In this document: positions 25,685 through 35,098 of the stretch, one piece after another
Position numbering within the stretch: position 1 is the first letter of the stretch
How the letters are laid out: each line of letters begins with the position of its first letter
From: Armatimonadota bacterium
GTDB taxonomy: Bacteria; Armatimonadota; Zipacnadia; Zipacnadales; UBA5352
Assembly (NCBI GenBank): GCA_034722055.1
Contig: JAYENL010000131.1
Coordinates: 1-36,827 of the forward strand
Direction of reading: 5' to 3'
Length of the DNA: 36,827 nt
Position numbers and translations under genes: made by a program
Notes under the pieces: generated by a model
Seen by the model: the letters and a program-made list of their open reading frames with translations, nothing else
What the model was told of the DNA's origin: nothing
Databases searched by the model: none

Positions 25685-27805
25685 TCAGTCCACCTGCACC
25701 CACTCATCCCCCTGCTTCTCCCACATGTGGTCGCGGGAGGTCCGCTTCACCGGCCAGCCGTGGTCGTACCACCAGTGGTCGATCTCCTCATCCGGCCGGC
25801 GGTGGTGGCGCCAGCGAATCTGCTCGACCTTCGAGCCGTCGTCCGCGAAGATCTCCCGGCTGACGCGCTTGCCGTCCGCGGTCCAGTACTCCCGCGTGCG
25901 CATCCGGCCGCCCTCGAAGGTGCATCGCCGGGTGGCGGCCCCGGCGGCGTTCAGGTCCTCGGCGTAGACCAGCTCTCCGCCCCGGTACCGCTCGCGGCGG
26001 ATGACGCCGTCGTGCAGGTGCACGATTTCCTTCAGCGCCTCATCGGCCTCCAGCGCCTTCTCCTCGGCGCAGAGCCGTCCATCGATCCGCCACACGTCGC
26101 GCGTCCACGAGAAGTCATCGGGCGTGTCGCGAAGGATCATCAGCCGCGCGCCCTCACCGATCTCCAGCGGGAGGCTGGCGCGACCCTCCAGCCCGCTCCA
26201 CTCCACCGCGGTGGCCTGGTAGGTGCCGGCCTCATCGAGGACGATCTCCGCGCCCGGCCGCAGCGGCTGGTCAGTGACGTGCTCGCCGTTGCGCTGCAGC
26301 CGATAGCCGAAGGTCTCCCAGTGATTCTCGCCGGGGATGAGCTGGACCTGACCGTTCGCCACGCGCAGATGCGGGGGGTCCGGGAGCCGGATGACGCTGG
26401 CGTAGACGTCGGTCATGCGCTGCCGCAGCAGCGGGCAGTCATCTTCGAGGCCTGACTGCTCGACCGCCTCCACCAGCCACGACCACGGCTCGTGCGCGCG
26501 CTGCAGCTCCTCCTCCGTCATCAGCCTGGCGCGGAAGTCCGTCACCGCCCAGTTGCGCTTGACGAAGCCGTAGCGGTTGGTGTCGTACTTCCCGATCTCG
26601 ATGCCCTCGAAGGAGGTCGGGGTCTTTGACGAGTAGCCCACCACCACTCCCAGCGCGTTGAGCTCGCCAGCCTCCGGGAATCCCTCGGTGCTGTCCACCG
26701 GTAGGCTGGGCCCCTCGGTGGTCGTCTCCTGGACCCATGCGACAGGGGCGCGGTGGAACGGGTAGTTGGACACGAAGCAGATCTTAGTGCCGTCGGGACT
26801 GCCCTTGGGATCGGCGTCATAGGGCCCGGAGTTGTCGCCGATGCTCACAGGATAGCAGATGACCGACGGCGCGCGCGGCAGCGATGTCCCGTCGCCGGAA
26901 CGGAGGTCGGCGGCGGCGTAATCGCCGCAGATCCACCTGCCGCTGCGCCCGCAGGGGCTGATGTCGCCGAACCCCTGGTTGGCCAGCAGGTGCATGTCGC
27001 TGGGGAACGGCTCATCCCACCGCCGGCCGCGCGCCTGGGAGTTGCCCACGAGCTGCCACGTCCCGTCGCCCGACCAGGCCATGTGCCCGCTCTGGATCAT
27101 GGGGACCCCGATGCGCACGTTGGAGCCGTCCAGGTCCATCCACAGCCGCGACGCCTCGAAGGGCCCCTGGCGCTTGGAGCGGGTGCTGACCACGTCGTGC
27201 TCGGGATTGCACAGCGGGCGGATGGCGGAGTGCTCGTCGTAGATGACCTGCATCGGACTACTGGGAGCGATGCGGGCCCGGGCGGTATGGAAGACCTTGC
27301 CGGGCAGGTCCCGGCGCCGCTGGTTGCCGAAGAGCCACTGGTCGCGACGGTCCGTCGAGCCCAGGAACTCCCATCCCCAGGTGATGAGGGTGCGCTCACC
27401 GGTCTCGCAGTCGTAGCGCCACACCTCGACGCCCCTCTCCCAGGGGTCGCCGCCCTCGGGGTCGGGCTTTGAGTAGAACAGCCAGTTGTGGCGCTTGGCC
27501 CAGCGGGGGCTGGCGCCGCGGTCGATGGCGATGTCCTCACCGGTGTGCAGGTCGAGGACGTGGATCGGCCAGTGGTCCGGTCCGCCCACGTTGGGCACGT
27601 CGTAGTGCGTGTAGCACACGTAGCGCCCGTCCGGGCTCCAGCAGTTGGTGTTGTGGTAGTTGGCGTGGTCGCGGATGGCGGGGTCGTGCGTCAGCCGCCA
27701 GTACTCAATGACATTGCCCTCGGGCAGCGGATCGGGGAACCTCTCGATCTCGGCTGAGGCGCACGCAGCCACCACAGCCAGCGTGGCAATCACTGGCCGG
27801 ACCAT
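25685..27805 (-). CDS. Secreted hypothetical protein: TolB/oligogalacturonate-lyase-like beta-propeller plus C-terminal MORN-like repeats
   Basis: SD AGGAGG, signal peptide, CWSPDGRY and GSPDGTKICFVSN repeats; C-terminal RERYRGG / REYWTADG / HWWYDHG repeats. Confidence 0.7.
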   Translation of the reverse strand: MVRPVIATLAVVAACASAEIERFPDPLPEGNVIEYWRLTHDPAIRDHANYHNTNCWSPDGRYVCYTHYDVPNVGGPDHWPIHVLDLHTGEDIAIDRGASPRWAKRHNWLFYSKPDPEGGDPWERGVEVWRYDCETGERTLITWGWEFLGSTDRRDQWLFGNQRRRDLPGKVFHTARARIAPSSPMQVIYDEHSAIRPLCNPEHDVVSTRSKRQGPFEASRLWMDLDGSNVRIGVPMIQSGHMAWSGDGTWQLVGNSQARGRRWDEPFPSDMHLLANQGFGDISPCGRSGRWICGDYAAADLRSGDGTSLPRAPSVICYPVSIGDNSGPYDADPKGSPDGTKICFVSNYPFHRAPVAWVQETTTEGPSLPVDSTEGFPEAGELNALGVVVGYSSKTPTSFEGIEIGKYDTNRYGFVKRNWAVTDFRARLMTEEELQRAHEPWSWLVEAVEQSGLEDDCPLLRQRMTDVYASVIRLPDPPHLRVANGQVQLIPGENHWETFGYRLQRNGEHVTDQPLRPGAEIVLDEAGTYQATAVEWSGLEGRASLPLEIGEGARLMILRDTPDDFSWTRDVWRIDGRLCAEEKALEADEALKEIVHLHDGVIRRERYRGGELVYAEDLNAAGAATRRCTFEGGRMRTREYWTADGKRVSREIFADDGSKVEQIRWRHHRRPDEEIDHWWYDHGWPVKRTSRDHMWEKQGDEWVQVD

Positions 27806-28100
27806 AATCGCCTGCCTCCTATCTGCGGTGCCTCGCACTCTGGATCGGCAGCAATGAGCAAGTGCGCTGATACTGGGCCGATGACCTTGTTGGCCCCCGG
27901 TTCGGATGGAGATTGTCGCTGAGGATTGAGTGGCGCTGCGCGCCACAAGCCGGCGAGGGCGCCGGCTTCCCAGGACAGGATACTGTTCATTGCTGGGGCG
28001 CGGGCCAGGCTATGGCTACAGGGAGAGATCCGCGCGACGCCCTGGGAGCGCCTGCGCGTCCTGCCGACACGGCGAGCTCGCACCCGTGCCCATCGCGGAA

Positions 28101-28129
28101 TTGAGGCACTGTCCATCCGATGCTATAAT
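28101..28129 (+). promoter_or_regulatory. sigma70-type promoter of the PAP2 gene
   Basis: TTGAGG, 17 nt, TATAAT with extended TG. Confidence 0.75.
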
Positions 28130-28170
28130 ATCACGGTCCGCCTCCGTCCACGGCGAATCGGGAGCGAGCA

Positions 28171-29013
28171 ATGCCTGGTACAGACAGCGGCAGGGCCGGC
28201 CAGGGCGTCCCCCCCCGGTACCGCAAGCTCACCGCACTCGGGCTCGTCGCCCTCACACTGCTCCTCACTGCGGTGACGATCCTCTATGTGGACCCCATCC
28301 GCGGACCGCTGGAGGCGGAGGTGCTGCAGCGGCCGGTCGTGGACGGCATGGTGGCCCTCGGGAGGCACCTCGGCGGCTGGGACCTGGCGCCGGCCCTGCT
28401 GGCGGTGGCGCTGATCGCGGCCGGCTATCGGTGGCGCCGGCTGCTTGTCACCACCGTCGTGGGCTACGCCATCCAGACGGGCAGCACCGAGCTGCTGAAG
28501 CAGATTACCGGCAGGGCCCGCCCCCGGCAGATGGAGGGTCCCATCGCGTTCTTCGGCTGGTCCGACGCCCATCACTCCTTTCCGTCCGGCCACGCATCCT
28601 TCGCCTTCCTCTTCGCTACCATCATCGGCGCCTACTTCCCGCGCGTCCGGTGGCTGGCCTACAGCTACGCGGTCTTCGTCTCCCTCACGCGCCTGATTGC
28701 GGACGCGCACTACGTCTCCGACCTGCTCTTCGGCGCCCTCATCGGCATCCTGTCGGGCTTCCTGGTGCTCTACTGGTGGCCACCTCAGCCGGCGCGGCCC
28801 CTCGACGGTCCCCACGCGAGGCCCACAGGGCCTCCTGGCGCGCGTAATCCACAGCGGCCTGGGCCGGCGCAGCAGAGCCAGCCGAAGCGCCTTTCGCCGA
28901 CCTTCGAGCTGAGGCTGGCGCCGCTGCGAGATGAGCCCCGACGCCCGTCACCCCAGGCCAGGAGCCGCTCGGGCCCGCCCGATGACAGGGCGGGCCCGCT
29001 CACGTGCCGCTGA
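28171..29013 (+). CDS. PAP2-family membrane phosphatase
   Basis: K-x6-RP (LKQITGRARP), SFPSGH, TR-x5-H-x3-D (TRLIADAHYVSD); Pro/Arg-rich low-complexity tail. Confidence 0.9.
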   Translation: MPGTDSGRAGQGVPPRYRKLTALGLVALTLLLTAVTILYVDPIRGPLEAEVLQRPVVDGMVALGRHLGGWDLAPALLAVALIAAGYRWRRLLVTTVVGYAIQTGSTELLKQITGRARPRQMEGPIAFFGWSDAHHSFPSGHASFAFLFATIIGAYFPRVRWLAYSYAVFVSLTRLIADAHYVSDLLFGALIGILSGFLVLYWWPPQPARPLDGPHARPTGPPGARNPQRPGPAQQSQPKRLSPTFELRLAPLRDEPRRPSPQARSRSGPPDDRAGPLTCR

Positions 29014-29026
29014 CGGCAGCCTGTGA

Positions 29027-30460
29027 TCAGAGGTCGTAGTAGAGGACGTACTCGTGAGGATGGGGGCGTTGATTGACGGCCGCGACCTCCTCCCGCTTGA
29101 GACCGATCCACTCCCCAATCAGGTCCTCCGAGAACACATCGCCCTCCAGCAGGAAGTCGTGGTCGTCCTCGAGCGCTGAGAGGGCGTCGTCCAGCGAGGT
29201 GGGGAGCTGGGTGATGCGGGCCCGCTCCTGTGGCGCCATCTGCTCGACATCGGTGTCGAAGGGGCCGAAATCGTGCTCGGCGGGGTCCACGCCCTGCCGA
29301 ATCCCGTCAAGCCCCGCCATGGTCATGGCGGCGAGCGCCAGGTAGGGATTGCAGGTGGCGTCGGGCGGCCGGAACTCGATGCGGTTCTCGCGCTCGTTGA
29401 CCGAGTAGGCCGGGACGCGGATGGCGGCGGTGCGGTTGGAGAGGCCGTAGAAGGCGCTGATGGGTGCCTCATAGCCGGGGACGAGGCGGCGGTAGGAGTT
29501 GGTGCTGGGGCTGCACAGGCCCAGCAGCGCCGCCGCGTGGGTCAGCAGTCCGCCGATCCAGCTCAGTGCCATCTCGCTGAGGTGGGCGTAGTCGCCGTCG
29601 GCGTCCCAGAACAGCGAGCGGTCGTTGTGGGTCACGTACTGGTGTACGTGCATGCCGTTCCCGGCCTCGCCGAACATTGGCTTGGGCATGAAGGTGGCCG
29701 AGGCACCGGCCTGGTGGGCGATGTTGGTGATGAGGTATTTCATCTTCATGACGGCGTCGGCCATCTCCAGCAGCGTCCCGAACCCCACCTCGACCTCCAC
29801 CTGCCCCGGCGCGCCCACCTCGTGGTGATGGTAATGGCCGGGCACTCCCGCGGCCTCGATGGCCGACAGCATCCGCGAGCGCAGATCGTGCAGCTTGTCG
29901 CGCGGCGGGATGGCATGATACCCGCCGTGGGCCGGGATTCGGTGGCCCAGCTCCGGCCCCTCGCCCGCGCGGCTGCCCCACAGCGCCTCCGCCGAGTCCA
30001 CCTCGTAGCCGGCGGCGTGCATCTCGGACAGGTACTCGACGCGCGAGAACACGTAGAACTCGAGCTCGGGCGAGAACACGGGATGTCCGGGGCTGACCAC
30101 CTGCGAGAAGTACTCCTCGGCCCGCCTGGCCACGCCGCGGGGGTCGCGCGTGTAGGCCGCCCCGCTCATGGGCTCCACGATCTCACAGATGAAGCTGAGG
30201 GTCTTGGCCTCGCAGAACGGGTCCACCATGCCCGTGGTCACGTCGGGCACCACGCGCATGTCGCCGGCTTCGACGCTCTTGTACCCGATGTAGCTCGAGG
30301 TGTCGAGGCCCGCACCGTGGCGCAGCGAATCCGGTGTAACGCGGCTGGCAGGGAGGGTCACGTGGTGCCAGCGCCCCGGCAGGTCAATGGCCTTGAGGTC
30401 GATCATCTGCACCTCTTCAGCGGCGACGAACTCCACCGCCTCAGTCACGTCCGCGAACAT
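29027..30460 (-). CDS. glnA: Type I glutamine synthetase
   Basis: IDLPGRWHH, PELEFY, HHHEV..GQVE, ATFMPKP, GNGMHVHQ, NSYRRLVPGYEAP, NRTAAIRVP, RIEFRPPD, NPYLA. Confidence 0.97.
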   Translation of the reverse strand: MFADVTEAVEFVAAEEVQMIDLKAIDLPGRWHHVTLPASRVTPDSLRHGAGLDTSSYIGYKSVEAGDMRVVPDVTTGMVDPFCEAKTLSFICEIVEPMSGAAYTRDPRGVARRAEEYFSQVVSPGHPVFSPELEFYVFSRVEYLSEMHAAGYEVDSAEALWGSRAGEGPELGHRIPAHGGYHAIPPRDKLHDLRSRMLSAIEAAGVPGHYHHHEVGAPGQVEVEVGFGTLLEMADAVMKMKYLITNIAHQAGASATFMPKPMFGEAGNGMHVHQYVTHNDRSLFWDADGDYAHLSEMALSWIGGLLTHAAALLGLCSPSTNSYRRLVPGYEAPISAFYGLSNRTAAIRVPAYSVNERENRIEFRPPDATCNPYLALAAMTMAGLDGIRQGVDPAEHDFGPFDTDVEQMAPQERARITQLPTSLDDALSALEDDHDFLLEGDVFSEDLIGEWIGLKREEVAAVNQRPHPHEYVLYYDL

Positions 30461-30662
30461 GGCTTCGCCTTCTCTCGATTGGGTGGTTATAGGGATGGGT
30501 CCGCCGTAGTGAGGTTCGCTGCCGCGCGTGCGTAATCCTCCGCCTCCTGGCGTGGCCCTCAGCCCCGACCCTCCGGCGCCAATGAAGGAATCGTCGCGTA
30601 CAGCCCATCTCCGGCGCTCCCAAGCTCGCACGGAAGGCGCGAATGGATGTCCGGCTGGAAGC

Positions 30663-30726
30663 TGAGAGCGCGGGCCCGCGCTCTCACCTGCGCCCGACGA
30701 ATGGTGTCGGGCGCAGGCCGACCTAC
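30663..30726 (-). repeat. GTAG-type REP with inverted partial copy abutting a perfect 24-bp palindrome
   Basis: Minus strand GTAG-GTCGG-cctgcgc-CCGAC; 12-bp stem 30687-30698/30706-30717; palindrome TGAGAGCGCGGGCCCGCGCTCTCA at 30663-30686. Confidence 0.7.
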
Positions 30727-30918
30727 GCGAGTAATGCGGGCTGACGACACGGGCGCTCCGGGCGACAACGACCGTGCACTTCGGCGCATCTTGGAGATGC
30801 GGAGCATCTCACGATGGCGCGGCGGTGTGCCCTGACGCTCGAGCAGGATATGAGGCCCTGATGGCGAAGGGACCCCGGCGTTTGCCGGATGGAGCGTCTC
30901 TGGCTGGGAGGTCGTCGT

Positions 30919-33900
30919 ATGAAGCCGAACATCGTAGTCATGGTACTGGGCCTGCTGCTGGCGTGCCCGCAACTGTCCGCCGCCCAGGGGGCGTGGTGGA
31001 ACCCCGGCTGGCGCTACCGGACCACGATCACCCGCCCGACGCCCTGGCGCTGCGACGGGCGGCAACCGGCCGAGGCCGCCATCGACTTCGCCGCGCTTCT
31101 GGCGCGCGCCGAGGGAACCTTCGACCCCGCCTCCGTCCGCGTCGTGGATCCCGTGACCGGCAGCCAGGTGCCATGCGCCCTGCGCACCGAGTGGGACCCT
31201 CGCGACAGGTGCGAGCGCCGCTACGTGGCCTGGTACGCTGACGCCCGGGATGGTCACGTTGGCAGCTACGACGTCTACTTCGAGACGGCCGACGCCAGCG
31301 TGCAGCCGGCCCACTATCGCGGGGGCGTGCCCCCGGAGAACCTGCTGACGAATCCCGGCTTCGAGGACATCGAGGAGGGACTGCCGGCGGGGTGGGAGAT
31401 CAGCGTCCCGGAGCTGGCGTCCGCCGCGCGCTTCGAGAACACCACCGGCCAGCGCTCCCTGCGACTGCACGTGGACGCGGACACGCCGGAGGATCTTGCG
31501 CGCGAGGTTGCCATCTCGCAGACCGTGGACGTCTCGCAGTTCGCAGGAGGCGAGGCCGTCTTCGAGTGCGATCTGCTGGCCGAGCGTGGCAAGTACGGGA
31601 CGCCGACGACGGTGCAGCTCATCCAGCTTCGCGAGGACGGCTCGCGCATCCCGGAGTTCGTCGTCCAGCCCCGCTGGATGACGGTGGAGATGGCCCCCGG
31701 GCAGCTCGTGCAGTGGTCGGAGCGGGGGCGCATCAACCCCGAGGCCGCGCAGGTGCAGGTGGTGATTCGCCTGCGCCTTTCCGCCGGCGACGCCTGGGAC
31801 GGGACGCCGCTCACCGAGGAGGAAAAGGAGTATACGACGTGGCTCGACCGCGTGACCTTCCGGCCCGGAGAGCGCTGGCCATGGCCGGGTGCCAGTCACG
31901 GGTGCTTCGTGGAGGGCGCGCTGCAGGACGCGCCCCTCAACCGCGCCGTGGACTTCATCGGCGACCGGCGGCTGACCTTCAACGGCGGCTCCGAGGGCAC
32001 CCTCACCGGTGGCGACTTCAACCCCAATCGCCGCTCCGTCCACTGGGGGCCGCAGCGGGGCACGCTGGAGATGTGGGTGCGCCCGCACTGGAGCACCAGC
32101 GACGACGCCGCGCACGAGCTGCTCTACGCCAAGGCCTACATGCACAAGACGCAGTCACAGCTCCGCGTGGTGGGCGGCGATGATCCCGCGCTGGAGTTCA
32201 GCATCGCCGACTCCGACCGCAAGTACCACACGGTGCGGGGGCCGGTGACTCTCGAGCCCGAGCGCTGGTATCACCTCGCCGCCACCTGGGACCTGCCCCA
32301 GGCCCACCTGCAGATCTTCGTGGACGGCGGCCTCATCGCCGAGGAGGGCCCCGGCGACGAGCCATGGCCCTCCACCATGGACCCGGAGGACCCGGACCTG
32401 GAGCTGGGCCGGGGCATCGTGGATGAGGACCGCCGCAGTGTACCGATGCAGGCCACCATCGGCGGCGACAACCGCTGGCGGCCCGGTGGTGCGGCCGACG
32501 CCGTCATCGATGAGGTGCGCATCTCAGACGTGGTCCGCTATCAGGGCGGGTTCGAGCCGCCGCGTTCGGAGTTCGAGGTTGACGAGGCCACGCGCGCGCT
32601 CTTCCACTTCGACCACGAGGAGCATGGGACGCACGCCGGCGACGACCGCTTCGTGGAGGCCTACTTCGTCTGCGAGCAGCATCCGCAGAGCGAGACGGCG
32701 CCCCTGGAGATCAGGCGCGGCGACGAGATCCAGCGCCGGGACCTCGCCGTCGCTCCTCACGCGCCGGAGGCGCTCTACGAGCGCAACCGGGCGGAGAACG
32801 TCCTGCAGGTCTACCGGCCCGTGGAGGAGCTGCCCGACCCCCGGCACGTGGCGCTGGTGCGCCGGACGCTGACCCGCACTGTGCAGGGCGACGAGGAGCC
32901 ATTCACGGTGGAGGTCGGGGGCGACCTGGAGCCCCTGATGCTCTGGTCGCGGTTCCGACGCAGCGATGACGCCAGCGGTGAGACCACGCTCATCCCGCGC
33001 TGGCGGGCCAACGACAGCGTGGTGCCCTTCTCGTGGGAGGACCTGCACGCCACGCTGGCGCCGCACGCCGAGACGGATGCCGAGCGCGCCCTCGGGATCT
33101 TCCGCTACTCGCTGCAGACCACCAACTATTACGACGCGCACTACTGCGAGGACCTCGGCACGAAGCACCGCGACCGCATCTCCTACACCCTCATCCGCGC
33201 GCTCAACATCTACCCCTTCGACCAGTGCGGGCCGCTCAACTATACTCTCCGCAAGCTCTTCCTGGCCGGGGGAATTTCCAGCAACGACGCCCCGGGCACC
33301 CACCATCAGTTCGAGCAGGGCTTCTACGATGGCAGCCTCCGCTTGTTCGACCTCTCGCCGCGCCAGTACTGGCTCGACCGGGACAACGAGACGGTCATCA
33401 GCCTCCGGAAGCTCGGCGAGGACCCCTGGCTGAAAATCCGTCAGGGAGGGAACATCAACGCCTGGATCCCCGGCCGCGTCAGCTCCGCGCGCTTCAGCTC
33501 CGTGCGGAAGAGCAACAGCATCGATGTCCCCCTGCGGCCGGGCGAGCAGGTGTGCTTCGGCTGGCAGAACGAAGGCGAGTGGATGGCGCTGAGCGGCGAG
33601 CGCGAGCCCATCCACATGGCCAAGATTCCGCCCTACTACGGCAACGGAATCCTGACCTGGGAGCCAACGGTGGAGGGCGAGGCGGCCGTCGCGGAGAACG
33701 CGGTCATCGAGCGCGACGGGAAGCACGCCGTCATCCGCGCGGAGGACGACCAGGCGCGGGCCGGCCTCACCTACCGCGTGCTGCTTCCGTACACGCTGGC
33801 CGCGGCGCGCGTCGCCGGGCGGTACTCCGGACCGGCGGCGCTCTCGCTCTCGTGGGATGACGGCGGCACCTGGGCCGAGCTGTGGCGCTCCGAGCGCGGC

Positions 33901-34983
33901 GAGGGCGAGATCGACGTGGACCTCACCCCCCATGTCATGGCGCGCTACAACTACTGGCTGCGCCTGGAGCTGCCCGCCGGCTCGGAGACCCGGATCAGCG
34001 ATCTGAGCGTGCGAAGCACCTTCAACGTCTCTCCGCTGTCGCTGCCGGGCGCGCTGGAGCTCGGCGAGAACCAGATGAGCTTCGTCCGCGGTCCGGTGAC
34101 CGAGCCCGTGGAGGCGGAGCTGGCGTGGCTGGAGCGCCGCCGCAGCGACCTGGGCGTGTCGCTCAATGCGCTGAGCTTCTATCTGATGGATGACGAGAAC
34201 CATCGCAACCTCTACATCGCGCGGCCCGGCGAGCCAATGACCGTGGAGGTGAGCCTGGAGGGTCACTCGTTCGATGGCGCGGTGACGCTGGAGGGTCTCC
34301 CGGAGGGGTGGGGGAGAGGCTCAATCTCGACGAAGGTGACCACGGACGGCGAGCCCACGACGGCCACCTTCGCTCTTCAGCCCGACCGTGAGGCCGGCCG
34401 CATCGCGCCATTCGAGGTCGTGGTGCGACAGGCTGACTCCGAGCGCCGCGTGCCCGCGGTGGTGCTGCTGAGCGCCGCGGCGCTGGTAGCCGAGGCGGAG
34501 GAGGCAGACCTGTCCGGCGAGGCAACGACCGCCGACGCACCCGTACAGAGCGGCGGCCGGCAGGTGGACCTTACCGGCGATGGCAGCATGGCCTTCGATG
34601 CGGATGCACCGGCCGATGGTACATACGCGCTGTGGCTGCGCGCCCGCTGGGAGCAGGGCGCCAGCACCCGCATGGTGCTGACCGTTGACGGCGAGGAGCG
34701 CGAGGTGCGGGCCACGGCCATGATTGGCTTCACCGACTGGGAGAACCCCCGGCAGGCCAACACCAAGATGTTCGCCCACTACGGTGAGCAGTACAAGCAC
34801 TGGGCCTGGTATCGCATCCCGGACCTGGAGCTGACCGCGGGCGAGCACCGGGTGGAGCTGTCCGCTCGGGCGGGCACAAGGTTCGACTGCCTGGCGATCC
34901 TGCCGCAGACCGATGTGATGGACCGCGCGGCCATGAACCTGCTGCACACCTGGAACTTTGCGCCGTGGCTGCTGCCGATGTGA
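30919..34983 (+). CDS. Large secreted multidomain protein: CBM-like + LamG + transglutaminase-like + CBM-like domains
   Basis: SD GGGAGG, signal peptide; NLLTNPGFE; LamG motifs GTLEMWVRP, WYHLAATWD, IDEVRIS; DQCG...H...FYDG..RLFD; C-terminal AEAEEA..GTYALWLRAR..LTAGEHRVEL. Confidence 0.75.
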   Translation: MKPNIVVMVLGLLLACPQLSAAQGAWWNPGWRYRTTITRPTPWRCDGRQPAEAAIDFAALLARAEGTFDPASVRVVDPVTGSQVPCALRTEWDPRDRCERRYVAWYADARDGHVGSYDVYFETADASVQPAHYRGGVPPENLLTNPGFEDIEEGLPAGWEISVPELASAARFENTTGQRSLRLHVDADTPEDLAREVAISQTVDVSQFAGGEAVFECDLLAERGKYGTPTTVQLIQLREDGSRIPEFVVQPRWMTVEMAPGQLVQWSERGRINPEAAQVQVVIRLRLSAGDAWDGTPLTEEEKEYTTWLDRVTFRPGERWPWPGASHGCFVEGALQDAPLNRAVDFIGDRRLTFNGGSEGTLTGGDFNPNRRSVHWGPQRGTLEMWVRPHWSTSDDAAHELLYAKAYMHKTQSQLRVVGGDDPALEFSIADSDRKYHTVRGPVTLEPERWYHLAATWDLPQAHLQIFVDGGLIAEEGPGDEPWPSTMDPEDPDLELGRGIVDEDRRSVPMQATIGGDNRWRPGGAADAVIDEVRISDVVRYQGGFEPPRSEFEVDEATRALFHFDHEEHGTHAGDDRFVEAYFVCEQHPQSETAPLEIRRGDEIQRRDLAVAPHAPEALYERNRAENVLQVYRPVEELPDPRHVALVRRTLTRTVQGDEEPFTVEVGGDLEPLMLWSRFRRSDDASGETTLIPRWRANDSVVPFSWEDLHATLAPHAETDAERALGIFRYSLQTTNYYDAHYCEDLGTKHRDRISYTLIRALNIYPFDQCGPLNYTLRKLFLAGGISSNDAPGTHHQFEQGFYDGSLRLFDLSPRQYWLDRDNETVISLRKLGEDPWLKIRQGGNINAWIPGRVSSARFSSVRKSNSIDVPLRPGEQVCFGWQNEGEWMALSGEREPIHMAKIPPYYGNGILTWEPTVEGEAAVAENAVIERDGKHAVIRAEDDQARAGLTYRVLLPYTLAAARVAGRYSGPAALSLSWDDGGTWAELWRSERGEGEIDVDLTPHVMARYNYWLRLELPAGSETRISDLSVRSTFNVSPLSLPGALELGENQMSFVRGPVTEPVEAELAWLERRRSDLGVSLNALSFYLMDDENHRNLYIARPGEPMTVEVSLEGHSFDGAVTLEGLPEGWGRGSISTKVTTDGEPTTATFALQPDREAGRIAPFEVVVRQADSERRVPAVVLLSAAALVAEAEEADLSGEATTADAPVQSGGRQVDLTGDGSMAFDADAPADGTYALWLRARWEQGASTRMVLTVDGEEREVRATAMIGFTDWENPRQANTKMFAHYGEQYKHWAWYRIPDLELTAGEHRVELSARAGTRFDCLAILPQTDVMDRAAMNLLHTWNFAPWLLPM

Positions 34984-35098
34984 GTCCGGCAGGAGTGGAT
35001 CAGCGGTGGCGCGAAGAGGACCGCGAGCGGAGCTCCCACGCCGTTTCCGTACGCGGAGAGCTTCGCACCACGTGACGGGGTCCGAGGAGGGAATGGAC

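Noticed and set aside
28790..29013. Pro/Arg-rich C-terminal tail of PAP2 as an extra domain
   Set aside because: Low-complexity and motif-less; more likely a disordered tail or run-on into the convergent intergenic space.
30461..30918. NrpR box, sigma54 promoter, glnA riboswitch or ANTAR hairpins upstream of glnA
   Set aside because: No GGAA-N6-TTCC, no TGGCAC-N5-TTGC, and no recognisable riboswitch or ANTAR loop consensus by eye.
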